NCBI GenBank assembly: GCA_963169855.1 | Contig: CAUJCN010000002.1 | Location: forward strand, 517,608 to 581,607 | Length of the DNA: 64,000 bases | Source: Patescibacteria group bacterium | GTDB lineage: Bacteria; Patescibacteriota; Dojkabacteria; J137 | Direction: 5' to 3' | Part shown: positions 35,992-45,475 of the stretch, piece after piece | Layout of the letters: each line of letters starts with the position of its first letter | Numbering within the stretch: position 1 is the first letter of the stretch | Made by a program: the position numbers and the translations under genes | The notes under the pieces: model-generated | Told to the model about the DNA's origin: nothing | Databases searched by the model: none | Seen by the model: the letters and a program-made list of their open reading frames with translations, nothing else

Positions 35992-37026
35992 ATGGCAAAA
36001 GCCTCAACACAAAACGAAGATACAAAGACTGCACTTACAACAAACAAAGCTAAATTGGAAGCTCTTCAAGCTGCAATGCAACAAATTACTAAGCAATTTG
36101 GAGAGGGATCAATTATGACTCTTTCTGATGATAAGATCAAAAAGATGGACGTAATTCCAACAGGAGCAATTTCTCTGGATATTGCATTAGGAGTTGGTGG
36201 AATTCCAAAGGGAAGAATTGTAGAAATTTATGGACCAGAGTCTTCAGGAAAAACTACTTTGGCTTTAAATATTTTAGCCGAGGCACAGAAAGCTGGAGGA
36301 GTGGCTGCATTCATCGATGCAGAACATGCTTTTGATGCTGAGTATGCAAAGAAGCTAGGAATTAAAACCGAGGAGCTTTTGGTTTCTCAACCAGACCACG
36401 GAGAGCAAGCATTAGAAATTTTAGAAACTCTTTTAAGATCAGGTGCTGTTGATATCGTTGTTGTTGACTCAGTTGCAGCATTGACACCTAAAGCCGAAAT
36501 CGAGGGAGATATGGGAGATTCACACATGGGTCTTCAAGCTAGATTGATGTCTCAAGCGTTAAGAAAGATTACTGCCATCGCAAATAAAACTGGAGGAACA
36601 GTAATTTTCATTAACCAGTTAAGGATGAAGATTGGAATTATGTTCGGAAATCCTGAAACAACAACTGGAGGTAACGCGCTTAAATTCTATGCATCTGTAA
36701 GAATGGACATTAGATCAAAAGAAAAAATTACCAAGGAAGATTCTATCGTTGGTCATGTAGCTAGAGTAAAAGTTGTTAAGAACAAAGTTGCGCCACCATT
36801 CAAAGAAGCCGAGTTCGAAATTGTTCATGGTGATGGAATCGACAAAATTTCTAGTCTCTTGGACGCAGCTTTGAAATTCAATGTTATCGAAAAAGCAGGT
36901 GCCTGGTTTAAGAGAAATGGTGAGAATCTAGGACAGGGTAGAGATGGAGTTAAAGAACTTTTGAGAAATGATAAAAAGCTTCTTCAAGAAGTTTGGAATG
37001 AAGTAAAAAAAGCAGCTGGACTATAA
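35992..37026 (+). CDS. recA: Recombinase RecA
   Basis: [10 protein letters not shown]...[33 protein letters not shown]; 344 aa. Confidence 0.95.
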   Translation: MAKASTQNEDTKTALTTNKAKLEALQAAMQQITKQFGEGSIMTLSDDKIKKMDVIPTGAISLDIALGVGGIPKGRIVEIYGPESSGKTTLALNILAEAQKAGGVAAFIDAEHAFDAEYAKKLGIKTEELLVSQPDHGEQALEILETLLRSGAVDIVVVDSVAALTPKAEIEGDMGDSHMGLQARLMSQALRKITAIANKTGGTVIFINQLRMKIGIMFGNPETTTGGNALKFYASVRMDIRSKEKITKEDSIVGHVARVKVVKNKVAPPFKEAEFEIVHGDGIDKISSLLDAALKFNVIEKAGAWFKRNGENLGQGRDGVKELLRNDKKLLQEVWNEVKKAAGL

Positions 37027-37046
37027 CCTATTCTGTTTGATTTTTT

Positions 37047-37077
37047 AGAGACGCTGAAAAGCGTCTCTTTTTGTTTC
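37047..37077 (+). terminator. Rho-independent terminator of recA
   Basis: AGAGACGC-tgaaaa-GCGTCTCT (8-bp perfect stem) followed by TTTTGTTT, 20 nt after the recA stop. Confidence 0.7.
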
Positions 37078-37137
37078 TAACTTGAGGAATTACGGCTGAA
37101 TTGGACACGATAGTTTACTTCATTTATAATTTAATTA

Positions 37138-37551
37138 ATGACAACGCCAGCACTAATTGAGGAAGGTGAAGTCACAGAAGACTCACCACAAAATACACTT
37201 GAAGGATTTCTTTCTCAACTTCCAAATGAAGACAGAATGCGTTCCCTAATCTTAAAAAATTGGAAGCTAGCTTCGGAAATTTACAAACATATTCAAGGCG
37301 ATTTAATAACAGGGATGACTAATCCAGCAGATGCACTTAAACTTGTTATCCAAAGTATTTTTGCAACTATAATTATAAATATAGTAAAAGCAGATTTTGA
37401 AGATGTAGAAAGTTCCTATCTAAATGACCTTCTGAGCAAATACTACGATGAACTTGAAGTGGATTTCCCAAAATTATATGAGAAATTCATGGATAGAGGA
37501 ATCTTTGTTCGGGCAAGGCAATCCACTCTTGATTATTTAAAAAGAAATTAA
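37138..37551 (+). CDS. Hypothetical protein (137 aa)
   Basis: ORF only. Confidence 0.35.
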   Translation: MTTPALIEEGEVTEDSPQNTLEGFLSQLPNEDRMRSLILKNWKLASEIYKHIQGDLITGMTNPADALKLVIQSIFATIIINIVKADFEDVESSYLNDLLSKYYDELEVDFPKLYEKFMDRGIFVRARQSTLDYLKRN

Positions 37552-37695
37552 CAAATTTCCCATTTACAACTGTTTATCAATATTGTACAATTCCTGCACG
37601 ACTACCTAATACCCCGAGCTGTTCGCGTTTCAGAACTTTTCAAAAAGATATTTACGCTAATTCATTGGAGCGAATTAAAACCATACAAAATTTCT

Positions 37696-38472
37696 ATGGG
37701 TAAATACTTATACCTTCTAAAAATGAATCTATCTTTAGTTGCCGCAAATCGCGGAGAAGTTGTGTTCTCATTTTTAAGAAGAATAATCATCGTTCTGGTT
37801 ATGGTTAGCGTTTGGAGTCTTACAAATTCGGGAGAGAATGCTGCAAACTATTTGGGGTATTTTTCTATTTTCTACTTTATTTTCGACTCCCTAACAACTG
37901 GAAGAGCAGGGGGAAGGTTTGTAAAGGATGTTTTAAGTGGAAATATAAACACATTCTTACTTAAACCTATATACTATCCATTTTACCGGCTGTTCGATAT
38001 TATAACTATTGTTTTATCACGACTAACCTTACCTATCGGACTTCTGATTATCGCAATCGTTCTTTTCCCTCAAACATTTGGACCAGCATCATTTTTGGAT
38101 TTATTAATTTTTATTCCAACTTCAATTTTATCTGTAGTTTTGTTTCAAATAATTATGATCACTATAGCGAACTTGAGTTTCTGGTTTGGAAACATTTCGT
38201 TTATCTTTACTGTTTATGGCCTGATTGTGAAATTTGTAAACGGGGGACTGATCCCAATTTCCGAATACTCAAAGCAAGTTCAAGACATTTTATTTTTCTT
38301 ACCTACAAGTTATGGAGGAGGGATTGAAACAAACATCTACCTTGGAAGGTATCCACTGTCACAAGCGACTTTGGCTTTTATAATCGTACTTTTTTGGACA
38401 GTTAGTTTTATGTTTGTTAATCACAGACTTTATTTAAAAGGTTTATCTAAATTAGAAGCAGTTGGTGGATGA
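37696..38472 (+). CDS. ABC-2 family exporter permease
   Basis: Six hydrophobic segments; ATGA-type overlap with the next permease. Confidence 0.6.
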   Translation: MGKYLYLLKMNLSLVAANRGEVVFSFLRRIIIVLVMVSVWSLTNSGENAANYLGYFSIFYFIFDSLTTGRAGGRFVKDVLSGNINTFLLKPIYYPFYRLFDIITIVLSRLTLPIGLLIIAIVLFPQTFGPASFLDLLIFIPTSILSVVLFQIIMITIANLSFWFGNISFIFTVYGLIVKFVNGGLIPISEYSKQVQDILFFLPTSYGGGIETNIYLGRYPLSQATLAFIIVLFWTVSFMFVNHRLYLKGLSKLEAVGG

Positions 38473-39260
38473 AACGACATTTACGAATTATAAAAATTTA
38501 TTTTAGAGATGGAATCTCAACTTTGGCTGCCTACAGATTTAACCTGATTCTGTCCGGAATGGCAAATTTGCTTTGGGTTTTGGGACAAGTCTATTATCTA
38601 AATTTCATTTTTGAAAAAGTGAATACCTTTGATGGATGGAGTAAAACGGATGTAATTCTACTTTTTGGACTAATGCAGTGTTTTGTATACTTGATGTTCA
38701 TTTTTACCTGGGAAAGTTTTGCAAATTTTTATACGAAAATTACATCTGGAGAATTTGACGCAATGCTGTTAAAACCTTTGAATTCCAAATTTATGCTAAC
38801 GTTTCAGACGATATCAGTTACTCAGATTATCACCGGAGTTTTGACAGTTGGACCTCTTATTGGTATTGGGTTATCTGGAATCCAAGGTATAACATTTTTG
38901 GGATTGATTTCTGCATTCTTGTTGTTTGTAATCGCCATTTCAATGATGTATTTCATTTCTTTGCTCTTAGTTTCAATTACCTTTTTTATAGGAGATTCTT
39001 CTTCTTTATTCGAACTAGTTATCGGAACTGGAGCAGAAGGAGTTAAATTGCCACAAACGATTTTTCCAACTATTGTTCAGGCTTTGTTTACATTTTTAAT
39101 TCCAGTAGCTTTTATAGCTTACTACCCAACATTAATTTTGAAGAACATTGAAAATCCATTACCTTTGATTTTGTTTGCATTATTGCTCGCAACTATATTT
39201 TATTTTTTACAGAAAATATTCTGGAATCTTGGTTTAAAAAGATATTCAGGTATTGCCTAA
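38469..39260 (+). CDS. ABC-2 family exporter permease (second subunit)
   Basis: Six hydrophobic segments, 263 aa. Confidence 0.6.
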   Translation: MKRHLRIIKIYFRDGISTLAAYRFNLILSGMANLLWVLGQVYYLNFIFEKVNTFDGWSKTDVILLFGLMQCFVYLMFIFTWESFANFYTKITSGEFDAMLLKPLNSKFMLTFQTISVTQIITGVLTVGPLIGIGLSGIQGITFLGLISAFLLFVIAISMMYFISLLLVSITFFIGDSSSLFELVIGTGAEGVKLPQTIFPTIVQALFTFLIPVAFIAYYPTLILKNIENPLPLILFALLLATIFYFLQKIFWNLGLKRYSGIA

Positions 39261-39261
39261 T

Positions 39262-40236
39262 ATGAGCCTAATCGAAGTAAAAAATCTGTCTCGAACATTT
39301 CGGCAGTACAAAAAAGAACCTGGATTAAAAGGTACATTGAAAAGTCTTTTCAAAAGAGAATTCTTTACAACTACAGCTGTAGATAACATTTCTTTTAATA
39401 TTGAGGAAGGGGAATTTGTTGGATTTCTTGGACCAAACGGTGCAGGAAAAACTACAACCCTGAAAATTCTATCTGGAATTTTATATCCATCAGACGGTAG
39501 CGTTTTGGTTGATGGATTTGTACCGCAGAAAAGAGATAAGGAATTTTTAAAAACGATTTCCTTAGTTATGGGGCAAAAGTCACAATTGCTACCAGACTTA
39601 CCTGCAATGGAATATTTCTTATTGATGAAAGAAATTTATGAGATAGAAGACACAGATTTCCTAAACAAAATAGAAGAACTTGCTGACCTTCTAGACGTTA
39701 AGGATGTGTTAAAAGTTCCTGTGAGAAAGCTTTCTCTTGGTCAAAAAATGAAGTGTGAAATCATTGCTTCAATTCTACACAATCCAAGAATTCTATTTTT
39801 GGATGAACCTACAATTGGACTGGATATTGTTGTTCAGAAGAAGTTGAGAGACTTTTTAAAGGAGTACAACAAAAAGCACAAAACAACGATAATCTTAACC
39901 AGTCACTACATGGAAGATGTTGAGGCTTTGTGCGATCGAATTATTGTTATCAACAAAGGTAATAAAATCTACGATGGAAAACTAGATGAACTTGTAAAAA
40001 AGCACGCAACTCATAAGGAAGTGAAGATCGTTTTGAAAGATAAATCAAATGTTGGGGAAATTTCAAATTACGGAGAAATTTTAGAACAAATTGATAACTC
40101 AACTTTCAAGTTAAAAATCGAGAGAGATGAACTTTCTTCCACAATTTCAAAAATTCTAAATGAACATGAAATTTCTGACTTAGATGTTAACGAAATTCCA
40201 TTAGACTCAATCATCAGATCAATTTTTAGCTCATAA
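39262..40236 (+). CDS. ABC transporter ATP-binding protein
   Basis: Walker A GFLGPNGAGKTTTLKILSG, signature LSLGQKMKCEI, Walker B ILFLDEPTIGLD. ATG at 39262; the ORF-track start 39253 is TTG. Confidence 0.8.
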   Translation: MSLIEVKNLSRTFRQYKKEPGLKGTLKSLFKREFFTTTAVDNISFNIEEGEFVGFLGPNGAGKTTTLKILSGILYPSDGSVLVDGFVPQKRDKEFLKTISLVMGQKSQLLPDLPAMEYFLLMKEIYEIEDTDFLNKIEELADLLDVKDVLKVPVRKLSLGQKMKCEIIASILHNPRILFLDEPTIGLDIVVQKKLRDFLKEYNKKHKTTIILTSHYMEDVEALCDRIIVINKGNKIYDGKLDELVKKHATHKEVKIVLKDKSNVGEISNYGEILEQIDNSTFKLKIERDELSSTISKILNEHEISDLDVNEIPLDSIIRSIFSS

Positions 40237-40266
40237 AATTCATTGCCCTGTATTGCTTACAAAAAA

Positions 40267-40290
40267 ATTGTATACTAGAATGTATACAAT
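40267..40290. promoter_or_regulatory. Perfect inverted repeat ATTGTATAC-N6-GTATACAAT, candidate operator
   Basis: 9-bp arms at 40267-40275 and 40282-40290, 26 nt upstream of the ATG of the wHTH gene at 40316. Confidence 0.4.
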
Positions 40291-40315
40291 AAGTTTAACT
40301 TTTAACCACAGGATA

Positions 40316-40912
40316 ATGTCTGTTACCGAGAATACTTTAGAGAATCTTTTTATTTCAAAAGTAAGAATTAAGGCGTTGAGATATTTCTTGATGAACCCTG
40401 AAACTGAAATTCATTTAAGAGGAGCTGTTAGAGAATTCAAAGAAGAGATTAACGCAGTAAGAAGAGAGTTAACTAGACTTGAAGAAGCTAAAGTTATTTC
40501 TTCTACAAACAAAGGTAATAGAAAGTATTTTGAATTGAACGGAGATCATCCTTTCGTTACAGAGCTAATTGCTGTTTTCCATAAATCTTTTGGATTAGGT
40601 TCAGAGATTTTAGAAAATCATAAAAAGATTGGTAATATTGAGTTTGCTCTTCTAACACCGTCGTATACGAGAGGAATTTTCTTGAATATGCAAATTATTG
40701 ACATGGTCATTGTGGGAGATATTGATTTAAAAGTATTGGAAGATATTGTGAATAAGTGTCAAACGAAGCTGAATAAAGAAATTCATTACATGGTTTTAAA
40801 GTCTTCCGAATTTCAGTTGAGAAAAAGAAGAAGAGATCAATTGATGTTAGATCTTTTGATGCAGGATAACGTTCTTCTGATAGGAAATAGAGATTCCTTA
40901 GTTAAATTCTAA
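40316..40912 (+). CDS. Predicted winged-helix DNA-binding protein
   Basis: VRIKALRYFLMNPETEIHLRGAVREFKEEINAVRRELTRLEEAKVISSTNKGNRKYFEL has the shape of a wHTH recognition-helix region. ATG at 40316 is preferred over the TTG at 40253. Confidence 0.4.
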   Translation: MSVTENTLENLFISKVRIKALRYFLMNPETEIHLRGAVREFKEEINAVRRELTRLEEAKVISSTNKGNRKYFELNGDHPFVTELIAVFHKSFGLGSEILENHKKIGNIEFALLTPSYTRGIFLNMQIIDMVIVGDIDLKVLEDIVNKCQTKLNKEIHYMVLKSSEFQLRKRRRDQLMLDLLMQDNVLLIGNRDSLVKF

Positions 40913-43128
40913 TGAGCAAAACCGTAAAAATTGTTGGTCCATTTTTTACTAACTACAGCTTAGCTAGAGTAAATAGAGGACTGGCGCTCGGAATAAATTC
41001 ACTTGGCAATGAATTTCAATCTAGCTTATATGTTCATCCTGATGAAGCAGATTTTTACCCAACTGATGAGGAACTAAACTCAAGACCTGAAGTTAAACAA
41101 ATATTTAATCGGGAAGATTTTGTAGCAGACTTTGCTATATATAATAATTTTCCTAAAAATGCTGGAAGTCCTTTAGGATTATCAAAATTAAATGCTCGAA
41201 TTAAAATTGCAAATGTTGCATGGGAAGAGAGTATTTATCCGCAACAATGGGTCGATGAAATTAACGAACATGCAAACGGAGTTATGGTGATTACTTCTTT
41301 TGTTAGAGATATTCTATTCAATTCTGGAGTTAGAGTTCCTATAGAAGTTGTTCCTTGCGGACTTGATCGAGGGTATTTTGGAAATGAAATTGGTGAGTTA
41401 CCTTACTCAACAAGCAAATCATTTAAATTCGTTCATGTTAGTACTGGCAAAAAACGAAAAGGTTTGGACGTTTTGATTAAAGCTTACTTTGAGAAATTCA
41501 CAAAAAACGATGATGTGACTTTAATTATCAAATCATTCCCTGGTCCAGATAATGATATCGACAGAATTATTGATGAGCTGAGGACTGAAAATTCTCCAGA
41601 AGTAATTCACATAAACAATCCTGATATTCCTGAAGATGTAATGAAAAATCTTCACAAATCTGCTTCTGCAGAAGTGTATCCTTCGAGGTCAGAAGGGTTT
41701 GGATTACCAATCCTAGAAGCAATGTATTACGGAAAACCAGTAATTGCCACTGGATATAGTGGCTATTTAGATTTTCTAAACGAAGATAATGGTTACTTGG
41801 TTGATTATTCGCTAGTTCCAACAAATGAGTCTGAACTAGTGAACATCGGTGCGAGATGGGCAGAGCCTGATGTAGACGATTTGGGACGCAAAATGAGGCA
41901 TGTTTTCGAGAACTACAATTCTGGAGAAGTTGAAGCAAAAATGAGAAATGCTGCAACGACTGCTCAAGAATATTCTTGGGAAAACTCAGCGTCGAGAGGA
42001 ATAAATTTTCTTAGACAATTGGAAGAAGTTGTTGGACTAAAAAATAAAAGCATTCTTGTAGTTTCTCCTTACAACGACGAGACTGGAATCGCTGAGTACA
42101 CTGAAAAAATTTACAGTAATGTTTCTAGGAGTTTTAAAGAATTTATTATTTCGTCCAATATTGATATCGCAAAAACTTTACGTCCAGACGAAGATTTTGT
42201 GGTTCGAAATTGGAGTTTGAACGATTCTGAATTTGAAGATCTAGTGAAATTTGTTGAAGATAAAAGATTCGATATCGTTCATTTGCAATATCATCCTGGA
42301 GCATTTACTTCAGCAGCTGATTTTAATTTACTTCTTGCGAAGATGAGCAAATTGAGTAGAGTGTTCGTAACTTTACACGCAGTTAGAGGAAAAGATTTCG
42401 ATCTAATTGAATCCATTCCAAATTTGAAATTAGTTGAAGTATTTATTCATAATCAGAGCGATGTTTATCATGCTCAGAATTTAGGTTTACAGAAAGTGTC
42501 GAAACTTCCTTTGTATAAAACTCAGACTTCTCCTCGATCGAAAACTTGGTTGCGAAAGAAGCTGGGAATTCCTGGTCATATTAAGATTCTAGCAACTCAC
42601 GGATTGCTAAATACAAACAAAGGAATTCCTGAAGTTATTCAAGCTATGAGTAATTTGAAGGATCAAGGTTATTATTTACTTTGCCTTAACGCAGTTAGTC
42701 AAAATAATATTTACGCTGGACAGCTCCTTCAATCATGTAAAGATGAAATTGAAAAATTGAAACTTACAGAACACGTTAGATTCATAACCGAATTCTTAGA
42801 TGAAGAAGTTGTTATGCTGTATTTGGAAGCTTCAGACTTCGTGATTTTCAATTATTCCGACGCTGGCGAATCTGCGAGTGCGGCTGTAAACAAAGGACTC
42901 GCAAGTAGGAATCCGGTTTTAATTACTGATATTCCTCAGTTTTCTGAATTTGAACACGAATGTTTTAAGCTTGAAAGCAATTCACCAGAAAGTATTTTGA
43001 GAGGTATCGAAGTTCTTTCAAATTACCCTGACATGAGAAAGAAAATGATAGAGAGTGCAGCAAAGTATATCGAAGCGAATTCGAACTACAAAATTGGTCT
43101 AAAACAAATGGAAATGATTTCTGTATGA
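40912..43128 (+). CDS. Two-module glycosyltransferase (two GT-B/GT4-like halves, 738 aa)
   Basis: Module 1 SRSEGFGLPILEAMYYGKPVIATGYSGYLDFL; module 2 ESASAAVNKGLASRNPVLITDIPQFSEF. Confidence 0.6.
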   Translation: MSKTVKIVGPFFTNYSLARVNRGLALGINSLGNEFQSSLYVHPDEADFYPTDEELNSRPEVKQIFNREDFVADFAIYNNFPKNAGSPLGLSKLNARIKIANVAWEESIYPQQWVDEINEHANGVMVITSFVRDILFNSGVRVPIEVVPCGLDRGYFGNEIGELPYSTSKSFKFVHVSTGKKRKGLDVLIKAYFEKFTKNDDVTLIIKSFPGPDNDIDRIIDELRTENSPEVIHINNPDIPEDVMKNLHKSASAEVYPSRSEGFGLPILEAMYYGKPVIATGYSGYLDFLNEDNGYLVDYSLVPTNESELVNIGARWAEPDVDDLGRKMRHVFENYNSGEVEAKMRNAATTAQEYSWENSASRGINFLRQLEEVVGLKNKSILVVSPYNDETGIAEYTEKIYSNVSRSFKEFIISSNIDIAKTLRPDEDFVVRNWSLNDSEFEDLVKFVEDKRFDIVHLQYHPGAFTSAADFNLLLAKMSKLSRVFVTLHAVRGKDFDLIESIPNLKLVEVFIHNQSDVYHAQNLGLQKVSKLPLYKTQTSPRSKTWLRKKLGIPGHIKILATHGLLNTNKGIPEVIQAMSNLKDQGYYLLCLNAVSQNNIYAGQLLQSCKDEIEKLKLTEHVRFITEFLDEEVVMLYLEASDFVIFNYSDAGESASAAVNKGLASRNPVLITDIPQFSEFEHECFKLESNSPESILRGIEVLSNYPDMRKKMIESAAKYIEANSNYKIGLKQMEMISV

Positions 43129-43907
43129 AAGAGGACTTACTTTCTCCAGAACAAATAAGCTCAGAACACAACCTCGCACTGCAATCTCTTTTTGAAGTCT
43201 TGAAGAATGAATTTGGAGAAGATTTAATTTCCTTTTATTACTACGGAAGTTTGGCTCGTGGAGACATGCATGTCAAATCTGACATCGATACAATCGCTAT
43301 TGTAAAAGGTAAAACAAATGCTGAACTGAGAGCTTTGAGTGAAAAAATCTCTACGATTTTCAGCGAGAAATTTCCGAATCAAAAAGTAGACGCTGTGTGT
43401 ATAGACGAAACCACAGCAAATAGATCTGATTGGGTTGCGATTATTAAGAAAGGTGGCGTTCTATTTGGTGGAGAAGACTTTTATCTGAATAAAGAATTTG
43501 AGGAAAATTCAGAGATTTTTCTAAATGCAACTTATAAAAAGTATTTCATTACTTCACCCAACGGATTACTTGGTAGAGTTCAGAAGTTTATTAGTGACTA
43601 TACTTTTGATTCGAAGATTGATGAAAATAGAGTAGTTGAAGACACTCAATATTTTTCTAAAACATTTTTTAGATTAGCAATTGGACTTGCCATAAAAAGA
43701 ACTGGCGACACAAGCCTTTTTACTCATAATCCTGAAATGGCACTTTCGACTGTTGGAAATCTTCTTCCAGAACTGAGAGAATACAGCGAAATTGCTTGGA
43801 ACTTTAGAACAAGCGAACATAGAAATTCTGACCCAACGTTACTTTTCAAACTGTCGAATGGAATAAAGATGATTATGGATGAGTTAGAACCGCTGATGAA
43901 GTTTTAG
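43125..43907 (+). CDS. Pol-beta-superfamily nucleotidyltransferase (ANT(4')/KNTase-like architecture)
   Basis: ISFYYYGSLARGDMHVKSDIDTIAIV (GS-x9-DxD), with about 150 aa of C-terminal helical domain. ATGA overlap with the upstream GT. Confidence 0.55.
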   Translation: MKEDLLSPEQISSEHNLALQSLFEVLKNEFGEDLISFYYYGSLARGDMHVKSDIDTIAIVKGKTNAELRALSEKISTIFSEKFPNQKVDAVCIDETTANRSDWVAIIKKGGVLFGGEDFYLNKEFEENSEIFLNATYKKYFITSPNGLLGRVQKFISDYTFDSKIDENRVVEDTQYFSKTFFRLAIGLAIKRTGDTSLFTHNPEMALSTVGNLLPELREYSEIAWNFRTSEHRNSDPTLLFKLSNGIKMIMDELEPLMKF

Positions 43908-44006
43908 ATTAGAATAGTTCCTATCATTTCGATTTTCTTATTTCAAATTTCGTACTTTTTTACTTTCTTTGTTGAATTTTAGTTTCTAAATTTCTCTTAG
44001 ACTCCT

Positions 44007-45302
44007 TTACTCCTTAGACGCCAATCTTACTGCTTCGTGTTCGCTCCAAGTATATTCAACATCATTATACGAAATGAAATCTTCATCACCTTTTCCCGCA
44101 AGGAGAATTATGTCTCCAGCCTCTGCATATTGAATTGCAAAGTCTATCGCATTTAATCGGGAAGTGTAGTCATCAGCATCAAAAGTCACGAATGGAGAAT
44201 CGCTATTACTTACAACTTTTTGAATTCTTTGCTTTAAATTTTCTTTGTTCAACATAAAATATTCTTCTTGAGAACCAACTCTTTCGACTGCTACAAATCT
44301 TTTTCCTGAATGATTGTGCGTAAATACTGCAGAGTTAATATCGTAATTCTTGAATTTCTTTGCTGCGTAAGGAGTTAGGATTGTTAAGCTTGAATATTTT
44401 TGAGCAGTTTCTGGAAGAGTGAAGTCCAAGTAATCTCCTTCTAAACCCAAAACTGTGATTATCTTTTTCCCCATTGGTTTTAAATTCGTAATTTCTTTTA
44501 ATACCAATTCCAGATCTTCGGCTGATCTTGCATTGTCGATTACGATTGTTCGATCTTTTATACTGATTACTTCGAATCGTCCTTTTGCAGTTTTAAATCC
44601 TTGTGTATATCTTGTTAAATTTGAAACTCCAGATAAAGCTTCTGCCATTGTGGAGGAGAGTAGTTTGTTGATTACAGAGTACGATGCTGGGTTTGGAGTT
44701 AAATAATTATTTTCTCTGAAAACGTATTCAATTCCACTATCGATTGATTTGTTGACGATGTTGTAATCATTTTCGTTTACCATTCCTAGATAAAGTGGTT
44801 TTTTGATTTTATCTCTATTTTCGAAAAACCAATTTCTTAAACTTATATCGATTCCATTCCCTAAAAGAACTCCACCTTCCCTAAGCAAATCTGTTATGTG
44901 AGAAAGCTTTTGAGTAGACTCTTTTGTAATTGTATTAGGAACAATAACTCCGTCTAACTGAAGTTCTGAATACAATTCGTTATCTATTCCTGAATCTTTT
45001 AATTCGATAATGAAAAATGGAGAGGTACTGTATTCCAAAAGCTCTTTCAATTCTTTTCTAGAAACATCTTCTGCAAACAAGGATTTCCCAAATTCTTTAT
45101 TAACTAGAGTTCCTGTAGACGATAAAAATCCAGCGCCAATTCCTGAGTTATTTAACAAATGTGACATCAACTCTGTAACTACTGTTTTACCTCGTGTTCC
45201 GTAAACACCAATTATCTTTTTTGCTGCTGGTTGATCTACAACTGGAACTTCTTCTTTAGGTTCTTCTGAGTTAGTTTTCTTAAATCGGTCAAAAAATTTC
45301 AT
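44007..45302 (-). CDS. Mur ligase family protein lacking the N-terminal substrate-binding domain
   Basis: P-loop IIGVYGTRGKTVVTELM at about residue 30; C-terminal IILLAGKGDEDF resembles the Mur-ligase C-domain; 431 aa. Confidence 0.55.
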   Translation of the reverse strand: MKFFDRFKKTNSEEPKEEVPVVDQPAAKKIIGVYGTRGKTVVTELMSHLLNNSGIGAGFLSSTGTLVNKEFGKSLFAEDVSRKELKELLEYSTSPFFIIELKDSGIDNELYSELQLDGVIVPNTITKESTQKLSHITDLLREGGVLLGNGIDISLRNWFFENRDKIKKPLYLGMVNENDYNIVNKSIDSGIEYVFRENNYLTPNPASYSVINKLLSSTMAEALSGVSNLTRYTQGFKTAKGRFEVISIKDRTIVIDNARSAEDLELVLKEITNLKPMGKKIITVLGLEGDYLDFTLPETAQKYSSLTILTPYAAKKFKNYDINSAVFTHNHSGKRFVAVERVGSQEEYFMLNKENLKQRIQKVVSNSDSPFVTFDADDYTSRLNAIDFAIQYAEAGDIILLAGKGDEDFISYNDVEYTWSEHEAVRLASKE

Positions 45303-45475
45303 ACGCTTAAGTATAAATGAAATAGAATAGGAAGAAAATGGTAGCTATATTGAATGATCACTTCGTAAATGCAGTCACTTACAAAATTTAACCTTCACCC
45401 TGCTATAATAAAAGAGAGTTCTTGGATTCCAAGCTAGTTGATTCTTCGAACTTCTTATTTCGAATTTATTTGAAC

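Noticed and set aside
45445-45464. TTCGAA-N8-TTCGAA inverted repeat upstream of the GT4 gene at 45476
   Set aside because: The arms are only 6 bp and self-palindromic hexamers occur readily in AT-rich DNA; this is too weak to call an operator.
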